NCBI GenBank assembly: GCA_963729685.1
Contig: CAVSOX010000018.1
Location: 273,944 to 337,943 of the forward strand
DNA length: 64,000 bases
Source of the DNA: an uncultured delta proteobacterium
GTDB lineage: Bacteria; Desulfobacterota; Syntrophorhabdia; Syntrophorhabdales; WCHB1-27
Reading direction: 5' to 3'
Part shown: piece after piece, positions 46,608 through 57,087 of the stretch
How the letters are laid out: every line of letters starts with the position of its first letter
How positions within the stretch are numbered: the stretch's first letter is position 1
The notes under the pieces: generated by a model
What the model saw: only the letters and a program-made list of their open reading frames with translations
Database searches by the model: none
Told to the model about the DNA's origin: nothing
Position numbers and translations under genes: made by a program

Positions 46608-47804
46608 CTATACCTTCCACGTGACAGCCGAAGAGACCGTCTCGATGTACGCCGCCTTCAGCGCGGACTCGGACAGCTCGTTCCCAAGTCCCGGTGCCTC
46701 GGGGACCTCAAAATAACCGTTCACAGGCTGGTAGTCATGGACGCAGAGGTCCCTGTTCCAGGCCGTCCGGTTTATGACATGGTGCTCGTGGATACAGAAG
46801 TTCGGAATGACGGCCTCGAGGTGCAATGACGCCGCGGTGCACAGGGGGCTGGAACAGACGTGCACCTGCACGCCCACGTCGTAGGCGGCGGCCATGTCGC
46901 AGATCTTTTTCCCTTCGGTGATGCCGCCGCAAGTCCCGAGGTCAGGCTGGATCACCCGAAGCGAGCCGTCCGTAAAATAGGGCGCATACTGCCACCGGCC
47001 GTAAATCCTTTCGCCGCTCGCGAGCGGTATGTCCACGTGATCGGCGACCAATTTATGCAGCCTCGGGTCGGGGGTTGTGGGCTCTTCGTAATAGAAGATG
47101 TTGTATTTTTCGATCCTCTTGCCTATCTGGATCGCCGAGGCCACATCGGTGAAAGAGTGGGCTTCCACGATGAGGTCCGACTGCGGCCCGATCGTCTCCC
47201 TCACCGCCGCCACACGCTCCTCGATGAGGTCCAGATAGTACTGCCTGAGGAGCCCTGTCGCTTCCTCGGAAGTGAAGTTCCTTCCATCCCGGTCATAAAT
47301 GAAGAAGTCGATCTTTACCGCATCGTAACCCTCGGCCAGGGCCAGCTTGCAGGCCGTCACGTACTCCTCCGTGGAGCTGCACTTGCCGAACTCGTTGCCC
47401 CAGCCGAACTGGAGCTGGCTGGCGTAAGCCCTCAGCTTGTCACGCTTCTTCCCGCCCAGCAGCCTGTATAACGGGACGTTGAAGAACTTCCCCTTGATAT
47501 CCCAGAGGGCCAGGTCGATGGCGCTCATGCCGGCGAAGGTAACAGGACCCCCGTTCTGTCCCCAGAAGGTCCCTTTGTACATCTTGTCCCAGATAACTTC
47601 GTTGTCCAACGGGTCCATGCCGATGACCTGGCTGGCCAGGTCCTTGACCATGCCGAAGGCCGCGGGAGAGCCTATCCCGTAGGAGAGGGCGGCCTCACCG
47701 TAGCCATAGAGCCCGTCATCGGTATTGATGCGGCAGACAACAGGGCGCCACGGCATAGTGCTCTTGACCCTGAGGGCCATTACATCGATGCTTTTGATCT
47801 TCAT
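46608..47804 (-). CDS. Enolase-superfamily enzyme (mandelate racemase/muconate lactonizing family, sugar-acid dehydratase-like)
   Basis: 398 aa; ..GYGEAAL..SAIDLALWDIKGK..PLYRLLGG..; typical MR/MLE N- and C-domains. Confidence 0.88.
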   Translation of the reverse strand: MKIKSIDVMALRVKSTMPWRPVVCRINTDDGLYGYGEAALSYGIGSPAAFGMVKDLASQVIGMDPLDNEVIWDKMYKGTFWGQNGGPVTFAGMSAIDLALWDIKGKFFNVPLYRLLGGKKRDKLRAYASQLQFGWGNEFGKCSSTEEYVTACKLALAEGYDAVKIDFFIYDRDGRNFTSEEATGLLRQYYLDLIEERVAAVRETIGPQSDLIVEAHSFTDVASAIQIGKRIEKYNIFYYEEPTTPDPRLHKLVADHVDIPLASGERIYGRWQYAPYFTDGSLRVIQPDLGTCGGITEGKKICDMAAAYDVGVQVHVCSSPLCTAASLHLEAVIPNFCIHEHHVINRTAWNRDLCVHDYQPVNGYFEVPEAPGLGNELSESALKAAYIETVSSAVTWKV

Positions 47805-47885
47805 GGAGATACTCCTTTCATCGTTTTATTCTCGCTTCATTCGCGCACGAACGTCCTTGCCGGCCAACCGCATTGATAGTTGCCT

Positions 47886-49208
47886 TCAAGTCCCGGCAGG
47901 CGACCTGACCTGGGCCGGTTTCCTGGTATCTGCCTCCAAAGCGACGTCCCGCATCCGCATGATGAGAATCAACACGATGGCAAAGGCGAAATTGAGGGCC
48001 AGAAACACCAGCGCCGCATTTGTGCCCAAGGCGCCCGTGATGCGTCCCACCGCCATGTTGCCAAAGAACCCCGCCGCGCTGGAACAGGAGTTGATGATGG
48101 CGATGCCGACCGCCGCCCCCATGCCGGTAAGATAAACAGCCGGGAGCGACCAGAAGGGTCCGAAGAAGGCCCCCGAACCGGCTTGTATCAGGACCATCCC
48201 GGTGATTCTCAGCACGACGTTCTTGGATAGCGCACCGAGGAGGGCACCGATGACGCACAGGAAGATGGCTATGATGCTGTGATATTTCCTTTCTCCCGAT
48301 CTATCCGAATGGGCTCCCCAAATGATCATGAAAATACTCGCGACCAGCGGAGGGATTATTAAGATGAAGCCAACGGCCGTGTTGGTAAAAGCTGCGGAGA
48401 AACCCTTGACAATTTGCGGTACCCAGAATGTCATAGCCTGGCTGCCGACCTGAAAGAAGAAATATATCGCCGCCAGGTGCCAGACCCTGATACTGGCGAA
48501 TGACTTCCCGACGGAGATGCTCTTGACTTTGTTCTTTTCCCGCTCGCTCTCCAGCTTGTTGACCAGCCAATCCTTCTCTTCCTTTGTGAGCCACTTCGCG
48601 TCTGCAGGTTTGTCAGTCAGATAGAACCACGTTATTACCCCCATTACGATGGCGAGAAGACCTTCAACCATGAATACCCACCTCCAGCCGGACAGACCTA
48701 ACCAGGAGACATGGTCCATGATTAAAGCCGCCAGCGGAGAGCCGATCATAAAGCCGATGTTGGCCCCCACGAAAAAGAGAGACGTGACCAGGGCGCGCTC
48801 CTTGGCCGGGAACCATAGGGTAAAGTAGAAGATTATTCCCGGGAAGAAGCCGGCTTCCATGAGGCCGACAATCACCCGCAAAGCGTATATATGCCAGTAT
48901 GTCTTAGCGAAAAACACCAGGCAGGTGGCAATACCCCAGGAGACCATGATCCGGGCTATCCATTTTCTCGACCCCACACGCTCCAGGATCATGTTGCTGG
49001 GGACTTCGAAGAAGAAATAGCCGATAAAAAAGGCAGCCGCGAGAGCGCCGAAGGCGGCGGGTATAATACTTAGTTCTTTGTTCATTTGCAGAGCCGCATA
49101 ACCGATATTGACACGATCCAGTATGTTGACGACATAAAGCCCCATCGTGAAAGGTACTAACCGCCATATTATCTTCCGCATCATTCCTTGTCTGAGAGAA
49201 TCCATCAC
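47886..49208 (-). CDS. MFS transporter (anion:cation symporter ACS family, sugar-acid/tartrate type)
   Basis: 440 aa, 12 TM; ..NILDRVNIGYAALQM..FFFEVPSN..GLMEAGFFPG. Confidence 0.88.
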   Translation of the reverse strand: MMDSLRQGMMRKIIWRLVPFTMGLYVVNILDRVNIGYAALQMNKELSIIPAAFGALAAAFFIGYFFFEVPSNMILERVGSRKWIARIMVSWGIATCLVFFAKTYWHIYALRVIVGLMEAGFFPGIIFYFTLWFPAKERALVTSLFFVGANIGFMIGSPLAALIMDHVSWLGLSGWRWVFMVEGLLAIVMGVITWFYLTDKPADAKWLTKEEKDWLVNKLESEREKNKVKSISVGKSFASIRVWHLAAIYFFFQVGSQAMTFWVPQIVKGFSAAFTNTAVGFILIIPPLVASIFMIIWGAHSDRSGERKYHSIIAIFLCVIGALLGALSKNVVLRITGMVLIQAGSGAFFGPFWSLPAVYLTGMGAAVGIAIINSCSSAAGFFGNMAVGRITGALGTNAALVFLALNFAFAIVLILIMRMRDVALEADTRKPAQVRSPAGT

Positions 49209-49245
49209 ATGACCCCCTTTTCAGAAATTAACTGCCTTGTTGTCA

Positions 49246-50016
49246 CTATCCGCCTGGCCTGACCGGCTTCGACCGGTGAGACCCTCTCTTCTTCGATCCC
49301 GCCTTGTTTTGAAGCGTATGGTACATGGCAATCAGGTCCTCGGTGAGCGTCGTGTAGGCCTTCACGCACGCATCCGGGTCCCTGTTCTTCAAGGCTTCGA
49401 GGATCGCTGTGTGGAGGTCGGCCTCATCGCTCGGCACCTCGTTCGTCTCGAAGAAATCTCTCGCCACCGAGTAGAAATGGGGGAACAGCACGTCGCCGAG
49501 GGTCTGGACCGTCGTCAGGAAAATGCTGTTCTTGGACATCTTGAATATCTGCGTATGGAAGAGAAGGTCTTCCCGAAAATAGGTTTCAAGGTCCAGGTTC
49601 TTGAATGCCTTCCTCGCGCGGATATGGACTTCTTCCAGCTCACGGAGATCCTCGTCGGTAGCCCTTTGCGCCGCGAGCCTCAAGGCTTCTGTTTCAAGGG
49701 CCTTTCTGAACTCCATGATCTCGAGCTGGTCTTCGGGCTTGAGGGTAATAGCCACCAGCTCGTTCACGTAGACGCCCGGGGTGAATTCCTTTACGTACGT
49801 CCCGTTTCCGGCTTTGGGTTCGAGCAATCCGAGGGTGATCATCCGCTGAATAGCCATTCTTATGGAGGCGCGGCTCACGCCGAAAAGCGACACCAACTGG
49901 TTCTCCGACGGGATCTTGTCTCCAGGCTGCCATACTCCCTGAACGATATTCTCCTTCAATTGGCTGTATACCTGGTCGGTCACGCCGTCTCTTACTATCT
50001 TTCTGATACCGGTCAC
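49246..50016 (-). CDS. GntR/FadR-family transcriptional regulator
   Basis: 256 aa; wHTH ..GDKIPSENQLVSLFGVSRASIRMAIQRMITLGLL..; FCD-type C-terminal domain. Confidence 0.9.
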   Translation of the reverse strand: MTGIRKIVRDGVTDQVYSQLKENIVQGVWQPGDKIPSENQLVSLFGVSRASIRMAIQRMITLGLLEPKAGNGTYVKEFTPGVYVNELVAITLKPEDQLEIMEFRKALETEALRLAAQRATDEDLRELEEVHIRARKAFKNLDLETYFREDLLFHTQIFKMSKNSIFLTTVQTLGDVLFPHFYSVARDFFETNEVPSDEADLHTAILEALKNRDPDACVKAYTTLTEDLIAMYHTLQNKAGSKKRGSHRSKPVRPGG

Positions 50017-50061
50017 CAGTCCTCCGTGCGCCGAGCGCCGTGCGTTCTTTGGCCCTCGGTC

Positions 50062-50089
50062 GGCAGTTGTCAGTTGTCTGACAACTGCC
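50062..50089. promoter_or_regulatory. Candidate GntR operator (perfect 12-bp inverted repeat)
   Basis: GGCAGTTGTCAG-TTGT-CTGACAACTGCC lies 46 bp upstream of the gntR start and contains GT..AC cores typical of GntR operators. Confidence 0.5.
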
Positions 50090-50266
50090 CTTTACTCTAT
50101 CGATTCCTTCAATAGAATGTCAATCAATTTTTTCTGCATGAGTCGCGTCGCGTACCGATAAGGGAACCGGAAGAAGCGAGCAGGACGATCAATTTAATGG
50201 AGCGACCGGCTCCGGGAGTGGTACAATGAGTGGAGGCTAAAGCCGAGCAGGCTCTCGGAGGATAAG

Positions 50267-52348
50267 ATGAAAAAGGGGAACCTCTCTTTCCCGGCCAAGA
50301 AGACGCCGGCGGCGCAACAGGAGCAAAGAGACGTGCTCTTCGAAGCGCTCCTTGATGCGATACCCGAGTTCATCATCTACTATGACGACGATCTGAAGAT
50401 AATATGGGCCAACCGCGCGGCTGCGGAAGATTCCGGGACATGCAAAGAAAATATGATCGGGAGGAATTTTTTCGAGGCGGCGTGCGGAGTGAAACAGCCC
50501 TGCCCCGGCTGTCCCGTGGTGACGGGTCTTACATCGGAGCATACCGAGACGATTGAGAGCAACGTTTACGAAGGGAAGCTGTTCTACACGCGGTCTTATC
50601 CCATATTGTGTCAGAACAAGAGAATTCCGGGCAGGCTCTTTTTGGCGCAGGATGTTTCCCGCCTGCGAAACCGGTACAGCGTCACCGAAGTCCTGAACCT
50701 CATCTCGGAGGTCTTTCACTCCTCAAAGAGTCTGGCCGAAATGTGCCGGGACATCATAAACGTGATCGCCCAGAGATTCGATTACCCCATCGGTTACATT
50801 ATGTTGTACGACGAGAGAAGAGAAGAGATAGTAAGGCTGGCGGAAATCGATTCCCTGGGCAAGCTTTCCCCCGTGCCGGCCGATTATCCCTCCTCCAGGC
50901 ATTTCTTCTGGAACGCCATGGAGCACGGAGAGGTGTTCAACGTGACGGGCTTGAGCAAAATAGAGGAGCTTTCAGAATACGCGCTTAAAGACGCCTGTGC
51001 GGAGAGCCTTCTCGCGGTGCCGCTCAATATCGACGAGACTATGATGGGGGCCATCATTCTGGCCGACATCAAGGAGAGGCTGGAAAGCAATCTCATGATC
51101 GACGGGCTTCAGGCGGTCGCAAACCGTCTTGGCGCCGAGATCCAGCGCAAGCAGGCAGAGGAAAAATTGAGGGAAGAAAGGAATTTCACGAACGCTGTCC
51201 TCAATAACGCAGGCCCGCTGGTAATGGTCCTTGACCGCGAAGGCCGCGTCGTCCGTTTCAACAGGGCCTGCGAGAGGCTGACCGGTTTTACCTATGAGGA
51301 GGTATCGAGGAAATCGATTATTGATTTCCTCGTCGATTCCAAGGAACGCCACGTCGTCCGAACGATTTTTCCTCTTGCTCCCGAAAGAGTGCTGCCTCCT
51401 TCTTTCGAGGCGTACTGGGTCGGCCAGGACGGGCAAAAGCACCTTATCTCATGGTCCAATAGTCTTATGGGAGGTGCCGAGGAGAGCGGCGTCCATGTCG
51501 TGTGCATCGGGATAGACGTGACAGACAGGAGGAAAGCGGAAGAGGAAGCCGATTTGCGCAGGAGACAACTGGTGGAGGCGGACAAGATGGCGTCGCTTGG
51601 GGTCCTCGCTTCCGGCGTGGCCCACGAGATCAATAACCCGAACAATTTTATCATGATGAATACCCCTATTCTCAGGGATGTCTGGAAAGACGTCTCCCCG
51701 ATCCTCGAGAAATATTACGATGAATGCCAGGACTTTACGGTGGCGAATATGCCGTACTCCGAGATGCGAAACGAGGTCCCGCGTCTTTTCGAAGGGATCG
51801 AAAGCGGCTCCGAGCGCATCCGCAAGATCGTCATTAACATGAAGAACTATGCGAGAAGAGACGTTTCCGACGAGCCCGAAGAGGTGGACATGAATGAGGT
51901 TATTACTGCCTCGGTCTGGCTCTTGTCCCACGAGATCAAGAAGTCCACCAAGGCGGTCACGGTCGAGACATTCGGGGGCCTTCCCTGCATAACCGGATAT
52001 CCCCAGCGATTGGAGCAGGTCGTGGTAAATCTCATTCAAAACGCCTGTCAATCTCTTCCCGACCGCGGTAAGGCGCTCACGATCAAGACATACCATGATC
52101 CGCAGAGAAATGAGGTCGTCGTTTCCGTCGTCGATCAGGGCGTGGGAATTAAACCCGAACACCTGGAGCACATCTTCGAGCCCTTCTTTACCACGAAGCT
52201 GGATAAAGGCGGGACCGGCCTCGGGCTGTCGATATGCGCCAACATCGTGAAGCAGCATAACGGGCGACTGGAATTCAAATCGGAGCCCGGAGAGGGAACG
52301 GAGGCCTGTCTCTTCCTGCCGGCGACTTTAAAGGAGAGGCGCACATGA
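50267..52348 (+). CDS. Cytoplasmic PAS/GAF/PAS sensor histidine kinase
   Basis: 693 aa; PAS regions, H-box LASGVAHEINNPNNFI, N-box NLIQNA, G-boxes DQGVGI / GGTGLGLS; GGAGG SD. Confidence 0.92.
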   Translation: MKKGNLSFPAKKTPAAQQEQRDVLFEALLDAIPEFIIYYDDDLKIIWANRAAAEDSGTCKENMIGRNFFEAACGVKQPCPGCPVVTGLTSEHTETIESNVYEGKLFYTRSYPILCQNKRIPGRLFLAQDVSRLRNRYSVTEVLNLISEVFHSSKSLAEMCRDIINVIAQRFDYPIGYIMLYDERREEIVRLAEIDSLGKLSPVPADYPSSRHFFWNAMEHGEVFNVTGLSKIEELSEYALKDACAESLLAVPLNIDETMMGAIILADIKERLESNLMIDGLQAVANRLGAEIQRKQAEEKLREERNFTNAVLNNAGPLVMVLDREGRVVRFNRACERLTGFTYEEVSRKSIIDFLVDSKERHVVRTIFPLAPERVLPPSFEAYWVGQDGQKHLISWSNSLMGGAEESGVHVVCIGIDVTDRRKAEEEADLRRRQLVEADKMASLGVLASGVAHEINNPNNFIMMNTPILRDVWKDVSPILEKYYDECQDFTVANMPYSEMRNEVPRLFEGIESGSERIRKIVINMKNYARRDVSDEPEEVDMNEVITASVWLLSHEIKKSTKAVTVETFGGLPCITGYPQRLEQVVVNLIQNACQSLPDRGKALTIKTYHDPQRNEVVVSVVDQGVGIKPEHLEHIFEPFFTTKLDKGGTGLGLSICANIVKQHNGRLEFKSEPGEGTEACLFLPATLKERRT

Positions 52349-53763
52349 CGCTTGTGAAAGAGCGGAATCCGGAGAACCCGATACTCATCGTCGATGACGA
52401 GGTTCATGCGATAAAAAGCTTTGAGCTCGCCCTGCGGTCGGATGGGTTGAACAATATTATCCCGTGTCCGAACAGCCTCGAGGTTTATAAGATCCTGGAA
52501 AGCACCGAGATAGAGCTCGTTCTCCTCGATCTGCTCATGCCCGATCTTTCCGGAGACGACATTCTCTCCGCGGCTGCCGAACGGTTTCCGGAGGTCCCGG
52601 TGATAATGGTAACGGGCATCAATGAAGTCGCTACGGCGGTGCGGTGCATGCAGAAGGGCGCTTTTGATTACGTGCTGAAGCCTGTCAACAGGGAACGGCT
52701 TCTTCCCTCGGTGAGGAGGGCCATCGAGGTCCGTCAATTGAGACGAGAGAATGCCAAGCTTGCGCAATGCTTCTTCTCGGACGATCTGGAGCAGCCCGAC
52801 AACTTTTCAAGGATCATCACCCAATCGTCCAAGATGAGGGCCATATTCCGGTACTGCGAGGCGGTGGCCAAGGGAAACCATCCGATCCTGATAACAGGCG
52901 AAACCGGGGTCGGCAAGGAACTGATCGCGGAAGCCATCCACCAGGCCAGCGGGCGGCAGGGGAGCCTCCTCGCAGTCAACGCGGCCGGGGTGGATGACAA
53001 CGCCTTTTCCGATACGCTGTTCGGTCATGTCAGAGGTGCGTTTACCGATGCGCTCGCCGTGCGGAGCGGGCAGATAGAGAGGGCTGCGGGAGGGACCATG
53101 TTTCTCGACGAGATCGGGGACCTCGACTCCAACTCACAGATAAAGCTGCTGCGGCTTCTCGATAAACATGAGTACTTCCCGCTGGGTTCCGATGTGGCAA
53201 AGCCCGCCGATGCCCGCTTCCTTTTCGCCACCAATAAAGACCTGCCCGCGCTTGTCGCGGAGGGACGTTTTCGCGACGACCTCTACTACAGGCTCCGGAC
53301 CCACCATGTCCACGTTCCCCCTCTGAGGGAACGGGTCGATGATATTCCGATCCTGCTCGACTACCTGATAGACGCGGCCGCCCGGGAATTTAACAGGAAA
53401 CGGCCGGGGTACAAACCGGAGCTTGTGGCACTTCTCCGGGGCTACCTTTTTCCGGGCAATGTCCGGGAGCTGAGATCGATGGTTTACGACGCCGTCGCAA
53501 GGCACCAATCTGATGTACTTCCCACGGAGTCATTCAAGGCATCAATGCAGGGCCCAAGGGCCGGTGATGCGGTCGTTCAGCCCCTGCTGCCCTCCGTCAG
53601 GTCCTGGCTGGGCGGGTCAGAAAGGTTCCCCACGTTGAAGGAGACAGTCGCCGGCCTGATCGACGAGGCGATGGCCAGGGCGAAAAACAACCAGCGCGTC
53701 GCGGCCCTCATGCTCGGAATAACGCCCCAAGCCCTGAATCAGCGCCTGAAAAAACGAGAGTGA
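52345..53763 (+). CDS. Sigma-54-dependent response regulator (NtrC family)
   Basis: 472 aa; the start overlaps the kinase stop (ATGA); receiver ILIVDDE..LLDLLMPD; GETGVGKELIAEAIH; GAFTDA; C-terminal HTH. Confidence 0.93.
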   Translation: MTLVKERNPENPILIVDDEVHAIKSFELALRSDGLNNIIPCPNSLEVYKILESTEIELVLLDLLMPDLSGDDILSAAAERFPEVPVIMVTGINEVATAVRCMQKGAFDYVLKPVNRERLLPSVRRAIEVRQLRRENAKLAQCFFSDDLEQPDNFSRIITQSSKMRAIFRYCEAVAKGNHPILITGETGVGKELIAEAIHQASGRQGSLLAVNAAGVDDNAFSDTLFGHVRGAFTDALAVRSGQIERAAGGTMFLDEIGDLDSNSQIKLLRLLDKHEYFPLGSDVAKPADARFLFATNKDLPALVAEGRFRDDLYYRLRTHHVHVPPLRERVDDIPILLDYLIDAAAREFNRKRPGYKPELVALLRGYLFPGNVRELRSMVYDAVARHQSDVLPTESFKASMQGPRAGDAVVQPLLPSVRSWLGGSERFPTLKETVAGLIDEAMARAKNNQRVAALMLGITPQALNQRLKKRE

Positions 53764-53902
53764 CGGTCCCCTCCCCGCGGCATTGTCAACTTTTCTTTAC
53801 TCGTCAATTTAAGTTTATGACCCTCCCGGCTGCTTCCCTGTTCAGCTTAGCTGGGCGCTGCCGGGCGGCCGAGTATCAACATACCTTGATCGGCAAGACG
53901 CA

Positions 53903-53918
53903 GGGCACGGGTCGCGCC
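53903..53918 (+). promoter_or_regulatory. Weak sigma-54 promoter candidate upstream of the acyl-CoA dehydrogenase operon
   Basis: GGGCACG-GGTC-GCGC has GG/GC at the correct spacing and a good -24 (GGCACG), but a poor -12 (GCGC instead of TTGC); 137 nt before ATG 54055. Confidence 0.3.
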
Positions 53919-54054
53919 TATCCGCTATCTACCGATAATGATAGACATTTTCGGCCCTGCCCCTTTTGGTGCATGGTCTTTGCAGTGAATAATGGGCCAG
54001 CAGACAACGGCCGAAAAAGAGGCCGGTAAAAACGACTATTTCAAGGAGGAGACC

Positions 54055-55287
54055 ATGCCCGACCAGTACCTGGATGTGTTCTTGACTAAAGAAGATTATA
54101 TGTTGAGGGATATGATCCGGAATTTTGTCGAGAAGGAGATCATGCCCGTGCGGCAGCAGGTCGACGACGACAAGGACCATGTGATCGTCCATAGGATACT
54201 TCAAGGTCTCTGCGACCTTGGAGTCCAGAAGGCCGCCTTTCCCCCGGAATACGGCGGAATGGGGGTGCATTCAGCGGTCACGGCAGGCGTCCTCCACGAG
54301 GAGCTGAGCCGAGGGGACAGCGGCATCTGCACGGCCCAGGGCGTGACCGGATGGGCATGGATCCCCGCTCTGGCGGCAAACAACAAAGCGGTGCTCGATC
54401 GGTTCGCCCCCGATTTCTGCGGCAAGAATCTGAGGATGGGATGTTTTGCCATGACGGAGCCGGGAGGCAGCCATGGCGGGGGCGGCTGCGACATCGAGAA
54501 CCTCGACCTCCATGGAACGAAGATAAGGACAAGGGCCCGGCTCGAAGGCAATGAATGGGTGATCAACGGCCAGAAGATGTGGGCCTCCAATGAGGGCGTG
54601 GCGGACCTTTACTGCGTGGTCTGCACGACGGACCCGGACCTGGGAGACGAGGGCGTCGCCCTGATTTACGTGCCGAAGGAAACCAAGGGGATCACCTTCG
54701 GCAAGAACGAGAACAAGGTGGGCATGGCAGGCGACAAGAACCACCCCATGTTCCTGGAGAACGTACGGGTGCCGAAAGAATGGCGTGCGGCGGGCCCGGG
54801 ACCGGACGCCGACCTCCTGCACAACAACCTGGTCGTCGGCCGCATCGTGACCGCGGCGTCGGCCACGGGCCAGGCACAGGCCGCCTTCGAGATAGCCCTC
54901 AAATACACCGGGGAGAGGATAGTGGCAAACAAGCCGATACGGCAGCACTCCATAGCGGCGGGGATACTGGCCGACATGGCCATCGGCATCGAAACGGCCA
55001 GGTGGTCCTATCTTTCCGCGGCCTGGATGTACGACCATCCGGAAAAGTATGGCGCCCCTATCTCCAATTACATACTCTCACGGGCAAGCATAGCCAAGAT
55101 GCACGCTGCCGACGTGGCCGTCTCCGTGACGAACAAGGCCATGGAGCTGATGGGCTCCTTCGGGTACGTCCGGGAGTACGACGTGGAAAAATACTGGCGT
55201 GACTGCAAGATCATTCAGCTATGGGAAGGCGGCGCCCAGTTAGGACGCCTGGATGTCTGCCGGGGGTATTATGATCTGAAGCTGTAG
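54055..55287 (+). CDS. Acyl-CoA dehydrogenase
   Basis: AGGAGG SD then ATG 54055; 410 aa; ..CFAMTEPGGSHGGG.., ..NGQKMWASN.., ..IQLWEGG.. Confidence 0.92.
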   Translation: MPDQYLDVFLTKEDYMLRDMIRNFVEKEIMPVRQQVDDDKDHVIVHRILQGLCDLGVQKAAFPPEYGGMGVHSAVTAGVLHEELSRGDSGICTAQGVTGWAWIPALAANNKAVLDRFAPDFCGKNLRMGCFAMTEPGGSHGGGGCDIENLDLHGTKIRTRARLEGNEWVINGQKMWASNEGVADLYCVVCTTDPDLGDEGVALIYVPKETKGITFGKNENKVGMAGDKNHPMFLENVRVPKEWRAAGPGPDADLLHNNLVVGRIVTAASATGQAQAAFEIALKYTGERIVANKPIRQHSIAAGILADMAIGIETARWSYLSAAWMYDHPEKYGAPISNYILSRASIAKMHAADVAVSVTNKAMELMGSFGYVREYDVEKYWRDCKIIQLWEGGAQLGRLDVCRGYYDLKL

Positions 55288-55434
55288 GGGGCTCGTTTAA
55301 GAAGAGGAATCGCGCCCGAGTGACAGGGTGGTCAGGAACTTGACAGCGTCTTTGACAATATGGAAACATAGCATATGCGGGCTTACGAAGAATCCGGATG
55401 AAGGATTGAGGATAAAGACTTCAGGAGAAAGCGC

Positions 55435-56625
55435 ATGGATAAAGGGAGGCTGAAGAAGCTGAAGGATAAATGCGCCATCGTCGGCGTAGGGTATACGCCG
55501 CAGGGACGGGTTCCGGGAAGGACCGCCCTGAGCTTCTGCATCGAGGCGGGAATCGGCGCGATTCTGGACGCCGGACTAAAGAAGGAAGAGATTGACGGCC
55601 TCATATGCTACAGACATTATGATCCCCTTAATAACGAGAGCGAGATCACGACCAACCTCGTCGCGCAGCACCTGGGCATCCAGCCGACGACAATGCTCAT
55701 GGAGGGGGGCTGCGCAAGGAACCAACTGCCGATTGCAATGGGCCTGATCGAGAGCGGGTTCTGTAATTATGTCCTGGTTATCTATGGAGACAACGCCCAG
55801 TCCGGGAAACGGACCTTCGTGAGAGAGGGGTCGCATTCCGAGTCGTTCTCGTACAATGCAGCCTTCGGCCACCTGGGGGCCGTGGGTGCGTATGCAATGG
55901 CGGCAAGAAGGGGGATGCACGTCTTCGGGACCGGTCCGGAAACCTGGAAAGAGATTGCCGTAAACCAGAGAAAATGGGCGCACCTCAATCCCGCGGCGCT
56001 CATGTACCAACAGCCTCTCGACTATGACAGATACATGGCCGAGCCCTACCTCGTCGAGCCGTTCAGGCGCCTCGATTGTTGCCCCATTACCGACGGAGGA
56101 AGGGCGTATATCGTTACCTCGACCGAAAGGGCCGGGGACCTCAAGAACCGTCCCGTTCTTATTATGGGGATTGCGGAAACGAACCCGGCAACGGACGTCC
56201 ATCAGGGCGATTTCCTGGAAGGGCCGACAGGCGCGAAAGAAGGCGGGGCGGCGGCGTTGAGCATGGCCGGGATTACTCTAGCGGAGATAGACGCGTGCGA
56301 GATCTATGATTGCTTTACCTATACCGTGGAAATCACGATGCAGGATTACGGATTTTACCCACCGGGCGGAGGAAAGGATTGGTTCCGGGAGGGAAGGACC
56401 GGGCCGGGCGGCAGCATGCCGGTAAATACCTCCGGCGGGCTTCTCTCGGAGGCCTATCTCATGGGTCTCATACCCCTCACCGAAGCGGTCATGCAGCTGA
56501 TGGGAAGGTGTGGAGACAGGCAGCTCGGGGCGAAGACGGGCACAAAAGAACCCGAGATCATTCTTTGCAGCGATAACGGAGGCGCATTGCAGAACCACTG
56601 CACCACGATCTTGAGGAGGACCTGA
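55435..56625 (+). CDS. Thiolase-fold protein (SCP-x/lipid-transfer type)
   Basis: 396 aa; ..CAIVGVGYTPQGR.., ..EIYDCFTYTV.., ..NTSGGLLSEAY..; it is followed directly by its usual DUF35 partner. Confidence 0.88.
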   Translation: MDKGRLKKLKDKCAIVGVGYTPQGRVPGRTALSFCIEAGIGAILDAGLKKEEIDGLICYRHYDPLNNESEITTNLVAQHLGIQPTTMLMEGGCARNQLPIAMGLIESGFCNYVLVIYGDNAQSGKRTFVREGSHSESFSYNAAFGHLGAVGAYAMAARRGMHVFGTGPETWKEIAVNQRKWAHLNPAALMYQQPLDYDRYMAEPYLVEPFRRLDCCPITDGGRAYIVTSTERAGDLKNRPVLIMGIAETNPATDVHQGDFLEGPTGAKEGGAAALSMAGITLAEIDACEIYDCFTYTVEITMQDYGFYPPGGGKDWFREGRTGPGGSMPVNTSGGLLSEAYLMGLIPLTEAVMQLMGRCGDRQLGAKTGTKEPEIILCSDNGGALQNHCTTILRRT

Positions 56626-56626
56626 T

Positions 56627-57040
56627 ATGACGCAACGGATGCCTCTGCCTATCCCCGACGATGACACGAGACCTTTTTGGGAAGGGTGCAGGCAGCACAA
56701 GCTCCTTTTTCAGAAATGCGCCGCCTGCCGATCGGTAAGGTGGCCGCCGTCATTCGCGTGTCCCTCATGCTACAGCCGCGACACCGAATGGATTTCCGCC
56801 TCCGGTAAGGGAAAGGTACACACCTTTGCGGTGTATCATAAGGCCTTTGACCCTGCCTTTGAGGACCAGCTTCCTTATATTGCCGCCGTCGTCGAGCTTG
56901 TGGAAGGACCCAGGGTATTGACCAATATTGTCGGCAGTCTTCCATCGGATGTCGCCTGTGATATGCCGGTGGAGGTTTTTTGGGAGGATGTGACGGATAC
57001 AATCAGTCTTCCGAAATTCAGGATAAAGGCGAAGAGCTGA
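56627..57040 (+). CDS. Zn-ribbon/OB-fold protein (DUF35 family)
   Basis: 137 aa; ..FWEGCRQHKLLFQKCAACRSVRWPPSFACPSC..GKGKVHTFAV.. Confidence 0.88.
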   Translation: MTQRMPLPIPDDDTRPFWEGCRQHKLLFQKCAACRSVRWPPSFACPSCYSRDTEWISASGKGKVHTFAVYHKAFDPAFEDQLPYIAAVVELVEGPRVLTNIVGSLPSDVACDMPVEVFWEDVTDTISLPKFRIKAKS

Positions 57041-57087
57041 AGAGGACGTTTCATCCGACAGATTTGATCGAAAAAAGGGGGGGTATC

